In this document: positions 16,318 through 25,078 of the stretch, piece by piece | Layout: every line of letters starts with the position of its first letter | How positions within the stretch are numbered: position 1 is the first letter of the stretch | Source of the DNA: Pseudomonas phage LKA1 | DNA: 41,593 bases | Direction: 5' to 3' (one strand) | Sequence record: AM265639.1 | Made by a program: the position numbers and the translations under genes | The notes under the pieces: model-generated | What the model was told of the DNA's origin: nothing | The model's database searches: none | Seen by the model: only the letters and a program-made list of their open reading frames with translations

Positions 16318-17270
16318 GGACTATCCGAGGCGTGGATGTAGCCGCCCTCGGGGACCAGTTCGACCGGATGGTGCCTAACCGGGTACTGCTGCTGGATGGC
16401 GATGGGGCGGCGTACCGCTCCAGCGCCACGGTGAAGACTCTTGACACTGCTGTTCGGCGGTTTGTCAAGGAGGTTCTCACCGACCAGTTCCTCACCGGTG
16501 CCGAGGAGGTGCGCGTGCACCTCACCGGCCAGGGTGGTCAGAAGGCCCTACGGGGCCTGTATCCGACGCGGAAGCCGTACCAGGGCAACCGTAAGGGTAA
16601 GCCTAAACCGGCGCTCCTGGAGCCGCTGCGGGAGCTTCTGGGCACCGAGAGGCGCTTCGAGTACGGATTCCCCGAGAACATCGTGGTGCACCTGCATCGG
16701 TACTGGGAGGCCGACGACGCCCTGGTCCAGGACGGCGTGCTCTACGGCGCCCGCTCCGTCACGAAGTCTGATGACAAGGACCTCCGGTTGACACCCGCCC
16801 CGTTCTATGAGTCGGAGAAGGGCAAGATCGACGTACTCCCCGATGGCGACCGCTTCGGCTGGATCGACGCCGGGTACACGCCATCTCTGTCGCTCCGTGT
16901 CAAGGGGCATGGGACGAAGTTCTTCTGGGCACAGATGCTCATGGGCGACACGGCGGATCACGTCCGTGGCCTGGAGCGCTGGGAGGGCAAGCTCATCGCA
17001 GAGGCCGGTACCCTGGACGTGCTAGGCCCTGTAGAGGACGAGAACGAGGCGGCCAACCGTATCTTATGGGCATACGCCAAGATCGGCCAGGACGCGCTCG
17101 CAGAGGCCCAGGTGCTGTGGCTGCGCCGCTCCGAGCAGGACTGCGCGTACCGCTACCTCTGTGAACTGGACCTTGACAAGAACCTGCGGACGTGGTTGGA
17201 TCAGTTGAACGGCTACCACCAAGCAGTCATCAAGCAGAAGCTGGAGGAGCGTGATGCGGAAGCTGACTAG
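16314..17270 (+). CDS. Putative 5'-3' exonuclease (FEN/T7 gp6-like), 318 aa
   Basis: N-terminal VLLLDGDGAAY resembles the first acidic cluster of FEN-family nucleases. Position between polymerase and endonuclease VII. Assignment by motif and position only. Confidence 0.5.
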   Translation: MRTIRGVDVAALGDQFDRMVPNRVLLLDGDGAAYRSSATVKTLDTAVRRFVKEVLTDQFLTGAEEVRVHLTGQGGQKALRGLYPTRKPYQGNRKGKPKPALLEPLRELLGTERRFEYGFPENIVVHLHRYWEADDALVQDGVLYGARSVTKSDDKDLRLTPAPFYESEKGKIDVLPDGDRFGWIDAGYTPSLSLRVKGHGTKFFWAQMLMGDTADHVRGLERWEGKLIAEAGTLDVLGPVEDENEAANRILWAYAKIGQDALAEAQVLWLRRSEQDCAYRYLCELDLDKNLRTWLDQLNGYHQAVIKQKLEERDAEAD

Positions 17271-17679
17271 AACGCAGCTCAGGGGCTGGTCGATCAGCCA
17301 CCTCACGAACGCGCAGGGTGGCCTCTGTCCGCTCTGTGGTAAGCCGATTGACTACAGCATCCCACGGGAAGCGGTGGTCGATCACGACCACGATACAGGC
17401 GAAATCCGGGGCGTCCTGCACCGATCCTGTAATGCGGCGGAAGGCAAGGTCAGCAACGCAGCCGGTAGGTGGGGTGCCAAGAGCACTAGCTACGCCGATA
17501 TCGTGCCGTTCCTGGAGAATCTGGTCCAGTACCTGAAAAGCACCGGTACTGGGTTAATGTACCCAGGCCACAAGTCACCCGAAGAAGCCGCCGAGGCGAA
17601 GCGGGTAAAACGCAATAAAGCAGCAGCAGTGCGCCGGGCAGCCGCCAAGGTCCGCACCATGCCGCGTAAGGAGACCTGA
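17254..17679 (+). CDS. Recombination endonuclease VII, 141 aa
   Basis: CPLCGKPID ... VVDHDHDTGEIRGVLHRSCNAAEG matches the endonuclease VII zinc/His signature (C-x2-C ... DHDH ... RG.LC..CN). GGAGG before ATG 17254. Confidence 0.8.
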   Translation: MRKLTRTQLRGWSISHLTNAQGGLCPLCGKPIDYSIPREAVVDHDHDTGEIRGVLHRSCNAAEGKVSNAAGRWGAKSTSYADIVPFLENLVQYLKSTGTGLMYPGHKSPEEAAEAKRVKRNKAAAVRRAAAKVRTMPRKET

Positions 17680-18710
17680 TGGGTAAGCACCTCGTAACAC
17701 GCAAGAGCTTCTCGGACGAGGACATTGCCAAGGCACTGTTGGTTGGCGGTGGTAACAAGACCCACGCAGCACAACACCTCACGAATATGGGACGCGGGGT
17801 AGTAAGTCGGGAACTCCTGCGACACTGGTTAAAACAGGGTAAAAAGAATTGTCGCACTAGCATGAGTGAAACGACGGGCGAGCAGGCCGGATGTGCCACG
17901 AGTGCTGCGGGAACGGGGACCCGCCCCGTCGAAGACGGCCCATGTATCCTGAGCATCGACATCGAGACGAGTCCCATCGAAGGTCGAGTGTGGGGACTCT
18001 GGAAGCAGAACCTCGGACTGAACCAGATCACCAAGGAATGGAACATCCTCAGCTACTGTGCGAAGTGGCTGGGTGATCCTAACGTGATCTACTCCGACCT
18101 CTCCCAGGCAGAGAACATTGCAGATGATAGTAAGCTAGTAGCTGAGCTGTACGAACTGCTGAATGAAGCAGACCTTGTAGTGGCACAGAACGGTAAGCGA
18201 TTCGATCTACCGAAGATTCAAGCCCGCTTCGTGATGGCTGGTTACAAACCACCTCGCCCGTTCCGCGTAATCGACACCATGCTCATGGCGAAGCAGCAGT
18301 TCGGCTTCACCAGTAACAAGCTGGAGTGGATGACCGACAAACTCTGCACCACCAAGAAGCGCAAGCATGAGAAGTTCCCCGGTATGGAGTTGTGGAACCA
18401 GTGCTTGGCAGGCAACCCGGAAGCCTGGGAGGAGATGCGGCTGTACAACATCGACGACGTAATCTCGTTGGAGGAGTTGTACTTGATCCTACGCCCCTGG
18501 TATCAAGGCCATCCGAACGTGGCGGTGTTCAACGATGGGCAGGAGATCGCTTGTCCGAAGTGCGGCTCGCACGACCTCAAGCGCGATGGGTGGACATTCA
18601 CCCAGTCCGGTAAGTACGAGCTTTATCATTGCAACGGTTGCGGCGGTTACAGCCGTGGACGCTACACCAAAAACTCGAAGGAGGTGCGTTATGCCCAGCT
18701 ATCCAATTGA
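17679..18710 (+). CDS. DEDD-type exonuclease with N-terminal HTH-like segment and C-terminal zinc ribbon, 343 aa
   Basis: ILSIDIETSP is a DEDD exo motif I (DxE). C-terminal CPKCGS ... CNGCGG. The first ~60 aa (DIAKALLVGGGNKTHAAQHLTNMGRGVVSRELLRHWL) look like a separate HTH. The T7-promoter-like motif B and an in-frame ATG (17862) sit exactly at that boundary. Confidence 0.6.
   Translation: MGKHLVTRKSFSDEDIAKALLVGGGNKTHAAQHLTNMGRGVVSRELLRHWLKQGKKNCRTSMSETTGEQAGCATSAAGTGTRPVEDGPCILSIDIETSPIEGRVWGLWKQNLGLNQITKEWNILSYCAKWLGDPNVIYSDLSQAENIADDSKLVAELYELLNEADLVVAQNGKRFDLPKIQARFVMAGYKPPRPFRVIDTMLMAKQQFGFTSNKLEWMTDKLCTTKKRKHEKFPGMELWNQCLAGNPEAWEEMRLYNIDDVISLEELYLILRPWYQGHPNVAVFNDGQEIACPKCGSHDLKRDGWTFTQSGKYELYHCNGCGGYSRGRYTKNSKEVRYAQLSN
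17847..17860 (+). promoter_or_regulatory. T7-promoter-like motif, copy B
   Basis: aaaagaattgtcgcactagcATGagtg lies inside the exonuclease ORF. It is immediately followed by an in-frame ATG at the boundary between the HTH and exonuclease parts. Confidence 0.45.
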
Positions 18711-19197
18711 ATACACCTATGAATCCGAGCGCTACTTCTACAGAATCCCCAGCAAACTAGGCCGAGGGTACGGGTATGATTACTGGAGCAAGGAAGGTTC
18801 CGCATGGGTGGGTGGGTACGGTACGCCCGTAGAACCGCCCCTGGTGGGCGGGGAAAGGAGCGACGCCGCCTTCAAGGCGGACACCGGCAAGTCTCGCTGG
18901 ACCCTCCTACTGGACTGCGCCAGGGGTTGTGGTCGGGCAGTGCGTGCCGTGGTTCGTGTACTGAACTTCGCAGTGCGCCCTATCGCTGACGGTGGCAAGG
19001 GGTACATCCCGCATTCGTGGCGCCAAGTACCGGACGCACGTACCCGCTATGAGGATGCCCTGCACCGCCACCTCGACGCGATCCGTGACGGTGAGACTCA
19101 CGATGGCGAGAGCGGCGAGTCGCACTGGGCACACGTTGCCACGAACGCACTGTTCCTCTGGGAACTCGATAATCCGAAGGAGAAGACTGATGAGTGA
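18691..19197 (+). CDS. Hypothetical protein, 168 aa
   Basis: GAAGGAGG before ATG 18691. Overlaps the upstream 3' end by 20 nt. Confidence 0.5.
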   Translation: MPSYPIEYTYESERYFYRIPSKLGRGYGYDYWSKEGSAWVGGYGTPVEPPLVGGERSDAAFKADTGKSRWTLLLDCARGCGRAVRAVVRVLNFAVRPIADGGKGYIPHSWRQVPDARTRYEDALHRHLDAIRDGETHDGESGESHWAHVATNALFLWELDNPKEKTDE

Positions 19198-19381
19198 GTG
19201 CCTATCGTGCTTGCGCGGCCCTGGCTGCTGCAAACTGTTCCCACGGAAAGTCTTCAATGCAGAGGTACTCGACATCAACGAGCTGCGCGTGTACCACGCC
19301 AGGAACGTAGATGAAGCCGCTGCACTCGCGGCTGAGGAGTTCGGCGAAAACAACATTGGCCGCGTGTACCCTAAGCTCTAA
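19190..19381 (+). CDS. Hypothetical protein, 63 aa; carries hairpin element copy 4
   Basis: ATG 19190 overlaps the upstream stop. The GCCGCTGCACTCGCGGC palindrome lies inside its 3' part, about 60 nt before the RNAP start. Confidence 0.4.
   Translation: MSECLSCLRGPGCCKLFPRKVFNAEVLDINELRVYHARNVDEAAALAAEEFGENNIGRVYPKL
19316..19332 (+). promoter_or_regulatory. Conserved element GCCGCTGCACTCGCGGC, copy 4
   Basis: Perfect GCCGC-tgcactc-GCGGC palindrome about 60 nt before the RNAP start. It is embedded in the 3' part of the small upstream ORF. Confidence 0.4.
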
Positions 19382-19390
19382 GGACCTGTG

Positions 19391-21826
19391 ATGATCGACC
19401 CTATCGAAGCGCAGATGCAGCGCGAGAAGCGCCACAGCGCTGAGGCTACTGCCCAGCACCTACGCGAAGTTCAAGAGGCCCTGCGTGCCGGCAGGGTCGA
19501 TGACATCCCAGCAGCCCGTCGCCTCATCGCCCGTGTGTACGAGGATGTGCGGGCTGCACTGGAGCCGGTTGTGGAGACCAAGGCACGCGGCCCAGGAGCA
19601 GCCCTGCGTGGCTGGCTGCGCCGGGTGCCTATCGACACCCTCGCCGTTCTGAGCATCCGCGTCGTCCTGGCGCACGTCATGCGGGACACCGCCGAGTCAC
19701 CAGCCACCCTACAACGCATCGGCCACGCCCTCGGGCGGGCCATCGAGCAGGAGGCCCTGGTGCAGGAGGCATACCGTGCGAACGCGCTGTACCTCGACCG
19801 GACTTGGGAGTACCTGCGCACAGCGGGCACGACCAGTCAGCGGCACATTCAGAAGACGATGCGTGCTGTGGTACACAACGTCCTGGAAGGTCAGTTCGAC
19901 GGGCACCTGACGAACGCTGAGTACATCCACCTCGGCAAGCACGGCCTCCAGGCGTGCCTGGATGCTGGTCTGGTGGAGTTGCAGCGGCACGGGCAGGGTG
20001 CGAAGACGAATGCGATCTACGTCCTCCCGGCTGAGGTGCGGGAGGTCCTCGCCTTCGTGCCACCTGAGATTAGCGGTGCAGCGCAGATGATGTTCGCTGA
20101 GCCGACCCCATGGGACGGGGCGGCGGGCGGCGGGTACTACACCGAGCGTATGAAGATCGACTTCCCACTGCGCCGTGTGAACCGCCGTACTCGCAAGCCG
20201 TTGCGCCGCGTCATCCGGGACAACGTGGGGAAATGCACCGATGTGCTCGCCTGTGCGAACTACCTCCAGGCCCAGGCGTTCAGCATACACACCCCCACCT
20301 TGGAGCTGATCAAGCAGGTGTGGAACAGCGGCGGCGGTGCCCTGGGCATCCCGAAGCGCGAGGCACCGCCCGAGCCGGCGTTCCCATTCCCAGAGACCTG
20401 GGACAAGGACTCAGCTACCGAGGCGGAGCTGGAGCGCTTTGCGAGTTGGAAGCGCCGTATGCACGCCTGGCACATGGGTAAGAAGGAACTCCGCAAAGCA
20501 CAGCAAGGCATCGGCCAGGCCCTCCGTGTCTCTGCCGGCGCTGCTGCTCGAGTGTGGTTCCCGACGTTCATCGACAGCCGTGGTCGGTACTACTACCGTG
20601 GGGTGTTGAACCCGCAAGGGGACGAGATGTGTAAGGCGCTGTTGCACTTCGCCGACAAGCGCCCGCTGGGCGAGCGTGGCCTGTACTGGATACAGGTGCA
20701 TGTGGCGAACTGCTTCGGCGAGGACAAGGCACGCTTCGATGCTCGGGCAGCCTGGGCTGTTGAGCGCAAGGCTGAGTTGTTCGCAGCCCTGGAGGCACCG
20801 GCAGACTCGTGCTTTGCCGAGGCCGACACCCCGCTCGGGGCATTCGCTGCCGTGTGGGAATGGCGCGAGGCCGAGCGCTCCGGCAACCCAGCAGCGTACT
20901 GCACTGGCCTGCCGATCCACATGGACGCGACCTGCTCTGGCCTCCAGCACTTCTCAGCGATGCTCCGCGACCCGGTGGGTGGGCAGTACGTGAACCTGTA
21001 CGACAGCGGTGGCGACTCCAAGGCCGACATCTACCGCAAGGTGGCCGAGGTGGCGCAGACCCGGATCAACCGCGACGCAGCCAACCCGGCCTCGAAGGAC
21101 TGGCACCTGGCCAAGCTCTGGACCCAGTGGGAGATTCCCCGCACCCTGGCTAAGGGGCCTGTAATGACCTACGTATATGGCGCGACACTGCGCGGTGTAG
21201 CGGAGGGCATTGCCGACTGGCTGGAAGAGCAACAGGCGATCGTGCCCGATGGTGTCCGTATCTTCGACCTAGCATACTACCTGGGCCGTGTGCTGTTCTC
21301 GGCAATCGAGGATGTGGTGCCTGCTGCCGCCGCAGCGATGCGTTGGCTCCGGGAGCGGGCACGCAGCGCCGCTGGCGACACACCGATGTTGTGGTTCAGC
21401 CCGACTGGCCTACTGGTCGAGCACGACTACCGCGACTTCGTGGAGCACCGGGTTAAGATCAGGTCGTGCGGTATCACGGACATCGTGGTGCGGGAGGACC
21501 TGGACCAGACCCGAGGCAACCGGATGCAGAATGCCGTGGCACCGAACTTCGTACACGCCCTAGACGCAGCGCACCTAACCTTCACGGCCCGACTGCTGGA
21601 GGACGGTGGACATGCAATGGTGGCGATCCACGACAGCTTTGGTACACACCCCTCTAGCGTGGATGAAATGCACACAGCTATCCGGGAGGCGTTTGTGCGG
21701 CTGTACTCGGAGTTCGATCCTATCACTCTGTTCCTGCGTGGGATCGGGCAGGAGGAGGTAGCACCACCGCCGAAAGGGAACCTGGACTTGACCCTGTTCC
21801 GAAGCTCGGAATTTGGGTTCTGTTAA
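19391..21826 (+). CDS. Single-subunit DNA-dependent RNA polymerase (T7-like), 811 aa
   Basis: Catalytic motif C AIHDSFGTH. Palm motif A region LPIHMDATCSGLQHFSAM. Size and placement at the end of the replication block are phiKMV-type. Confidence 0.95.
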   Translation: MIDPIEAQMQREKRHSAEATAQHLREVQEALRAGRVDDIPAARRLIARVYEDVRAALEPVVETKARGPGAALRGWLRRVPIDTLAVLSIRVVLAHVMRDTAESPATLQRIGHALGRAIEQEALVQEAYRANALYLDRTWEYLRTAGTTSQRHIQKTMRAVVHNVLEGQFDGHLTNAEYIHLGKHGLQACLDAGLVELQRHGQGAKTNAIYVLPAEVREVLAFVPPEISGAAQMMFAEPTPWDGAAGGGYYTERMKIDFPLRRVNRRTRKPLRRVIRDNVGKCTDVLACANYLQAQAFSIHTPTLELIKQVWNSGGGALGIPKREAPPEPAFPFPETWDKDSATEAELERFASWKRRMHAWHMGKKELRKAQQGIGQALRVSAGAAARVWFPTFIDSRGRYYYRGVLNPQGDEMCKALLHFADKRPLGERGLYWIQVHVANCFGEDKARFDARAAWAVERKAELFAALEAPADSCFAEADTPLGAFAAVWEWREAERSGNPAAYCTGLPIHMDATCSGLQHFSAMLRDPVGGQYVNLYDSGGDSKADIYRKVAEVAQTRINRDAANPASKDWHLAKLWTQWEIPRTLAKGPVMTYVYGATLRGVAEGIADWLEEQQAIVPDGVRIFDLAYYLGRVLFSAIEDVVPAAAAAMRWLRERARSAAGDTPMLWFSPTGLLVEHDYRDFVEHRVKIRSCGITDIVVREDLDQTRGNRMQNAVAPNFVHALDAAHLTFTARLLEDGGHAMVAIHDSFGTHPSSVDEMHTAIREAFVRLYSEFDPITLFLRGIGQEEVAPPPKGNLDLTLFRSSEFGFC

Positions 21827-21838
21827 TTGTCGCACTAT
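21825..21838 (+). promoter_or_regulatory. T7-promoter-like motif, copy C, at the RNAP stop codon
   Basis: ttaattgtcgcactataatga overlaps the RNAP TAA. An RBS (AGGAG) follows about 10 nt downstream. This is the first position from which late or structural transcription would be expected. Confidence 0.5.
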
Positions 21839-21856
21839 AATGACCAGGAGAAAACC

Positions 21857-22087
21857 GTGCCCAAAGAAAGCGATGCACAGGTTAAGTTCACACCAGACCA
21901 GATCGTATGGTTGCTCAAGACCTTCGGGTCCCAGCCCATCGGCCCTGGTCTGGATGTGCACACAGTTATGTACGAGGCAGGTCGGGACAGCGTGATCGCT
22001 GCCTGTATTGCCAGATGCTCAGCCCCGGAGACTTTGCACCGTGCCCTCAGTAATCTACAACTTGCGGCAGCCAGGGGAACCCACTGA
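21857..22087 (+). CDS. Hypothetical protein, about 76 aa, GTG start
   Basis: AGGAG 6 nt before GTG 21857. The ORF track starts it at TTG 21827, inside promoter-like motif C. No in-frame ATG near the 5' end. Confidence 0.35.
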   Translation: MPKESDAQVKFTPDQIVWLLKTFGSQPIGPGLDVHTVMYEAGRDSVIAACIARCSAPETLHRALSNLQLAAARGTH

Positions 22088-22100
22088 CGGACGCTGGTTC

Positions 22101-22478
22101 ATGGATGAGGCGTGGGGTGAGTGTTCCGAGCTGCAGTTTACATCCCTTCAGGATTTTAAGCGACGTGCTCATGAGAGCGTGTGCTCCATCGAGCGCCTGG
22201 AGGTCTTGGCCACCGTGGGTGGTCGGGCAGCCGGGATCGCTGTACTCGCAGTTGACGATGATCTGCACGTAGGCGAGTGCCTCGCGGTGCAGTGGCAGTA
22301 CGTCCTGCCTGAGTTCAGGAACGCGGGGGTGTCCCCAGCGTTCCTTCGAGTGGCCAAGAATCTGGCCCGACAACTGAACCTCCCGACGATAGCCTTTACT
22401 CACCGGCTTGGGCCGGGGGTTTACAAGACAAGCTACAGGAGGGTCTATGGCCAAAAAGATCAAAAAGGCAGTGGGTAG
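22101..22478 (+). CDS. Hypothetical protein, 125 aa, weak GNAT-like signature
   Basis: ATG 22101 follows the upstream TGA. The segment VLPEFRNAGVSPAFLRVAKNLARQLNLPTIAF loosely resembles the GNAT acetyl-CoA binding motif. Tentative. Confidence 0.4.
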   Translation: MDEAWGECSELQFTSLQDFKRRAHESVCSIERLEVLATVGGRAAGIAVLAVDDDLHVGECLAVQWQYVLPEFRNAGVSPAFLRVAKNLARQLNLPTIAFTHRLGPGVYKTSYRRVYGQKDQKGSG

Positions 22479-22746
22479 TGTCCTCAAGGGCACAATTGGC
22501 GGTGGGCTGCTTAGCGGTGGCGGTTTGCTTGGTGGCGGGGAGAAGGATTCCTCGAACTCAGCACTGGAAGCCGCGCTGGAGCAGCAACGCCGTGCAGCTC
22601 AGAACGCCCAGGTGGACCTGAGCGTAGAGAACATCCCCACGATTGATACTGGCGGCACTGCCGAGTCACAGGCAGAAGCCGGCACTAAGGCGCGTCGTCG
22701 TCGTACCGGAGGTCTCGCATCCTCCCTCGGCATTAACGTGGGGTAA
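22447..22746 (+). CDS. Small Gly-rich putative virion protein, 99 aa
   Basis: ATG 22447. Product MAKKIKK ... GGGLLSGGGLLGGG ... ARRRRTGG. Located immediately upstream of the portal gene. Confidence 0.5.
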   Translation: MAKKIKKAVGSVLKGTIGGGLLSGGGLLGGGEKDSSNSALEAALEQQRRAAQNAQVDLSVENIPTIDTGGTAESQAEAGTKARRRRTGGLASSLGINVG

Positions 22747-22748
22747 CG

Positions 22749-24293
22749 ATGAGACAGCAAGCCTCTGCAATGTGGGCGGAGTACCGAGACTCGACTGCGA
22801 TCCGCAAGGCCGAGGACTTCGCAAAGTTCACCATCGCCTCGCTGATGGTGGACCCGCTCGACAAGACCCACCAGGCGGAAGTAGTTGAGTACGACTTTCA
22901 GTCTGCCGGCGCCTTCCTCGTAAACAACTTGACGGCCAAGCTGGCGCTGACCCTGTTCCCACCGGGCCGACCCAGCTTCCAGATCGAGCTGGACGACACG
23001 CTACAAGAGCTGGCAGCCGCTAACGGCATCGACCAGTCCGAACTGCACAGTCGCACTGCTGACCTGGAGCGCCGCGCTACTCGGCGCCTGTTCGTAAACG
23101 CTAGCCTCTCGAAGCTGCACCGCATCCTCAAGCTCCTGGTAGTCACAGGCAACGCCCTGTTCTACCGCGAGCCAGGCACCGGTAAGATGCTCGTGTGGAC
23201 CATGCAGTCGTACACGGTGCGCCGCACCTCTCATGGCGACCCCGCCGTGGTTGTCCTTCGCCAGCAGATGCCGTTCCGAGAGCTGACTCCCGAGATTCAG
23301 GCAGACGCCCAGGCGAAGCAGATTGCCAAGCGGGACTCAGACAAGTGCGACCTGTACACCGTGATCGAGTGGCAGCCTACCCCGAACGGGAAACGCTGTG
23401 CAGTATGGCACGAGCTAGAAGGTAAGCGGGTCGGCCCGGAATCGAGCTACCCTGCGCACCTCTGCCCGTATGTCCCCGTTGCGTGGAACGTACCCGACGG
23501 CGAGCACTACGGTCGCGGCTACGTAGAGGAGTACAGTGGCGACTTCGCCCGCCTGTCCATCCTCAGCGAGCGCCTGGGCCTGTACGAGTTCGAGGCGTTG
23601 AGTCTGCTGAACCTCGTGGACGAGGCAAAGGGTGGCGCGGTGGACGACTACCGTGATGCTGAGACCGGTGACTTCGTACCGGGCCAGGTTGGATCGGTTG
23701 CGTCGTATGAGCGCGGCGATTACAACAAGATCGCCCAGGCCAGTGCCAGTGTCGAGAGCATCGTGATGCGCCTGAACCGGGCGTTCATGTACACCGGGCA
23801 AGTACGAGACGCTGAACGTGTGACGGTCGAGGAGATTCGTACTGTTGCTGAGGAGGCAGAGAACCTCCTGGGCGGCGTGTACAGTCTGCTGGCTGAGACG
23901 TTGCAGGCGCCACTGGCGTACCTCACAATGTACGAGGCATCCCGTGGTAACGGCGGTATGCTACTCGGTATCGCCCAGGGCGTGTACCGCCCGAGCATTA
24001 TCACCGGTATCCCGGCGCTGACCAGGAACATCGAGACCGCCAACATCCTCCGCGCAACACAGGAGGCCAGCGCTATCGTCCCGGCGCTGGTGCAACTCAG
24101 CAAGCGATTCGATCCTGAGAAGCTCGTAGAGCGTATCTTCGCCAACAACTCCGTTGACCTCTCCACGTTGTCGAAAGACCCTGACGTGGTGGCTGCGGAA
24201 GCCGAGCAGGAAGCTGCCTTGGCACAACAACAACTGGATGTAGCTAGCGGTGCGCTGGCTGCCGAGACCTCAGCAGGAGTCCTGACCTCATGA
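22749..24293 (+). CDS. Head-tail connector (portal) protein, 514 aa
   Basis: Size and position (before scaffold and capsid) match T7 gp8. ATGA coupling to the scaffold gene. Confidence 0.8.
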   Translation: MRQQASAMWAEYRDSTAIRKAEDFAKFTIASLMVDPLDKTHQAEVVEYDFQSAGAFLVNNLTAKLALTLFPPGRPSFQIELDDTLQELAAANGIDQSELHSRTADLERRATRRLFVNASLSKLHRILKLLVVTGNALFYREPGTGKMLVWTMQSYTVRRTSHGDPAVVVLRQQMPFRELTPEIQADAQAKQIAKRDSDKCDLYTVIEWQPTPNGKRCAVWHELEGKRVGPESSYPAHLCPYVPVAWNVPDGEHYGRGYVEEYSGDFARLSILSERLGLYEFEALSLLNLVDEAKGGAVDDYRDAETGDFVPGQVGSVASYERGDYNKIAQASASVESIVMRLNRAFMYTGQVRDAERVTVEEIRTVAEEAENLLGGVYSLLAETLQAPLAYLTMYEASRGNGGMLLGIAQGVYRPSIITGIPALTRNIETANILRATQEASAIVPALVQLSKRFDPEKLVERIFANNSVDLSTLSKDPDVVAAEAEQEAALAQQQLDVASGALAAETSAGVLTS

Positions 24294-25066
24294 GTACCGA
24301 AACACAAGCAGTAGAACCGAGCGCGGCCCCAACCGCTGAGCCGACGCCTACCCCGGCGCCTGCTCCTGTAGCTGGCCCGCCACCGGAGGTAGCTGCTGCT
24401 GCCGAGGCTGCTCGTCAGGCTGCGAACCAACCTGCTGAGTCCACGGCTGCCGCACCCGAGCCTGGTGGCCTCCTCGCCCTCATAGGCGAGGACGTGGCCA
24501 GTGATCCGGCAGCAGCCGCCAGTATCGACCTGGTGAACCTCATCATCGAGGGTAAGGACCTCGACCTCGAACGCGCCTTTGGCAAGGCTATCGAGGAGGA
24601 TGATCCACGCTTCATCGACGAGCGCTATCTGATCGAGGTGCTCGGCGAGCAGCAGGCCAAGGTCCTTATCCGGGAAGCTGGTCGGCTGAATGAGTCAGCC
24701 ACCCGTGCCGGCGAGCGCCTCCGTGATGAGATGCTCAAGGACATCCCTGGCGGTCAGGAGACCCTGACGCAAGCGGTAGAGGTGTTTAACTCTGTTGCGG
24801 ACGAATCAACTCGGGCCGTGATCGCAGAGCTGATCGACAGTGGCGACCTCAAGAAAATGAAGTTCGCCGCCAAGCAAATTATGGACTTCGCAACGGCCTC
24901 CGGTCAAGTCGTGGTGCATAACCAGCAACCTGTAGGCACCCCAGGTGCGATGCAGGGGCTTTCCCGCGAGGCTTATATCGCGGCCATCAATGAGCGCAAC
25001 CTCTCCCCGGAGAAGTATGAGCAACTGCGTGCCCAGCGTCAGCTCGGCATCAAACAAGGTCTGTAA
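24290..25066 (+). CDS. Capsid assembly (scaffolding) protein, 258 aa
   Basis: Acidic, Ala/Pro/Glu-rich, low-complexity N-terminus. Lies between portal and major capsid, as T7 gp9 does. Confidence 0.75.
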   Translation: MSTETQAVEPSAAPTAEPTPTPAPAPVAGPPPEVAAAAEAARQAANQPAESTAAAPEPGGLLALIGEDVASDPAAAASIDLVNLIIEGKDLDLERAFGKAIEEDDPRFIDERYLIEVLGEQQAKVLIREAGRLNESATRAGERLRDEMLKDIPGGQETLTQAVEVFNSVADESTRAVIAELIDSGDLKKMKFAAKQIMDFATASGQVVVHNQQPVGTPGAMQGLSREAYIAAINERNLSPEKYEQLRAQRQLGIKQGL

Positions 25067-25078
25067 GGAGACTGATCC

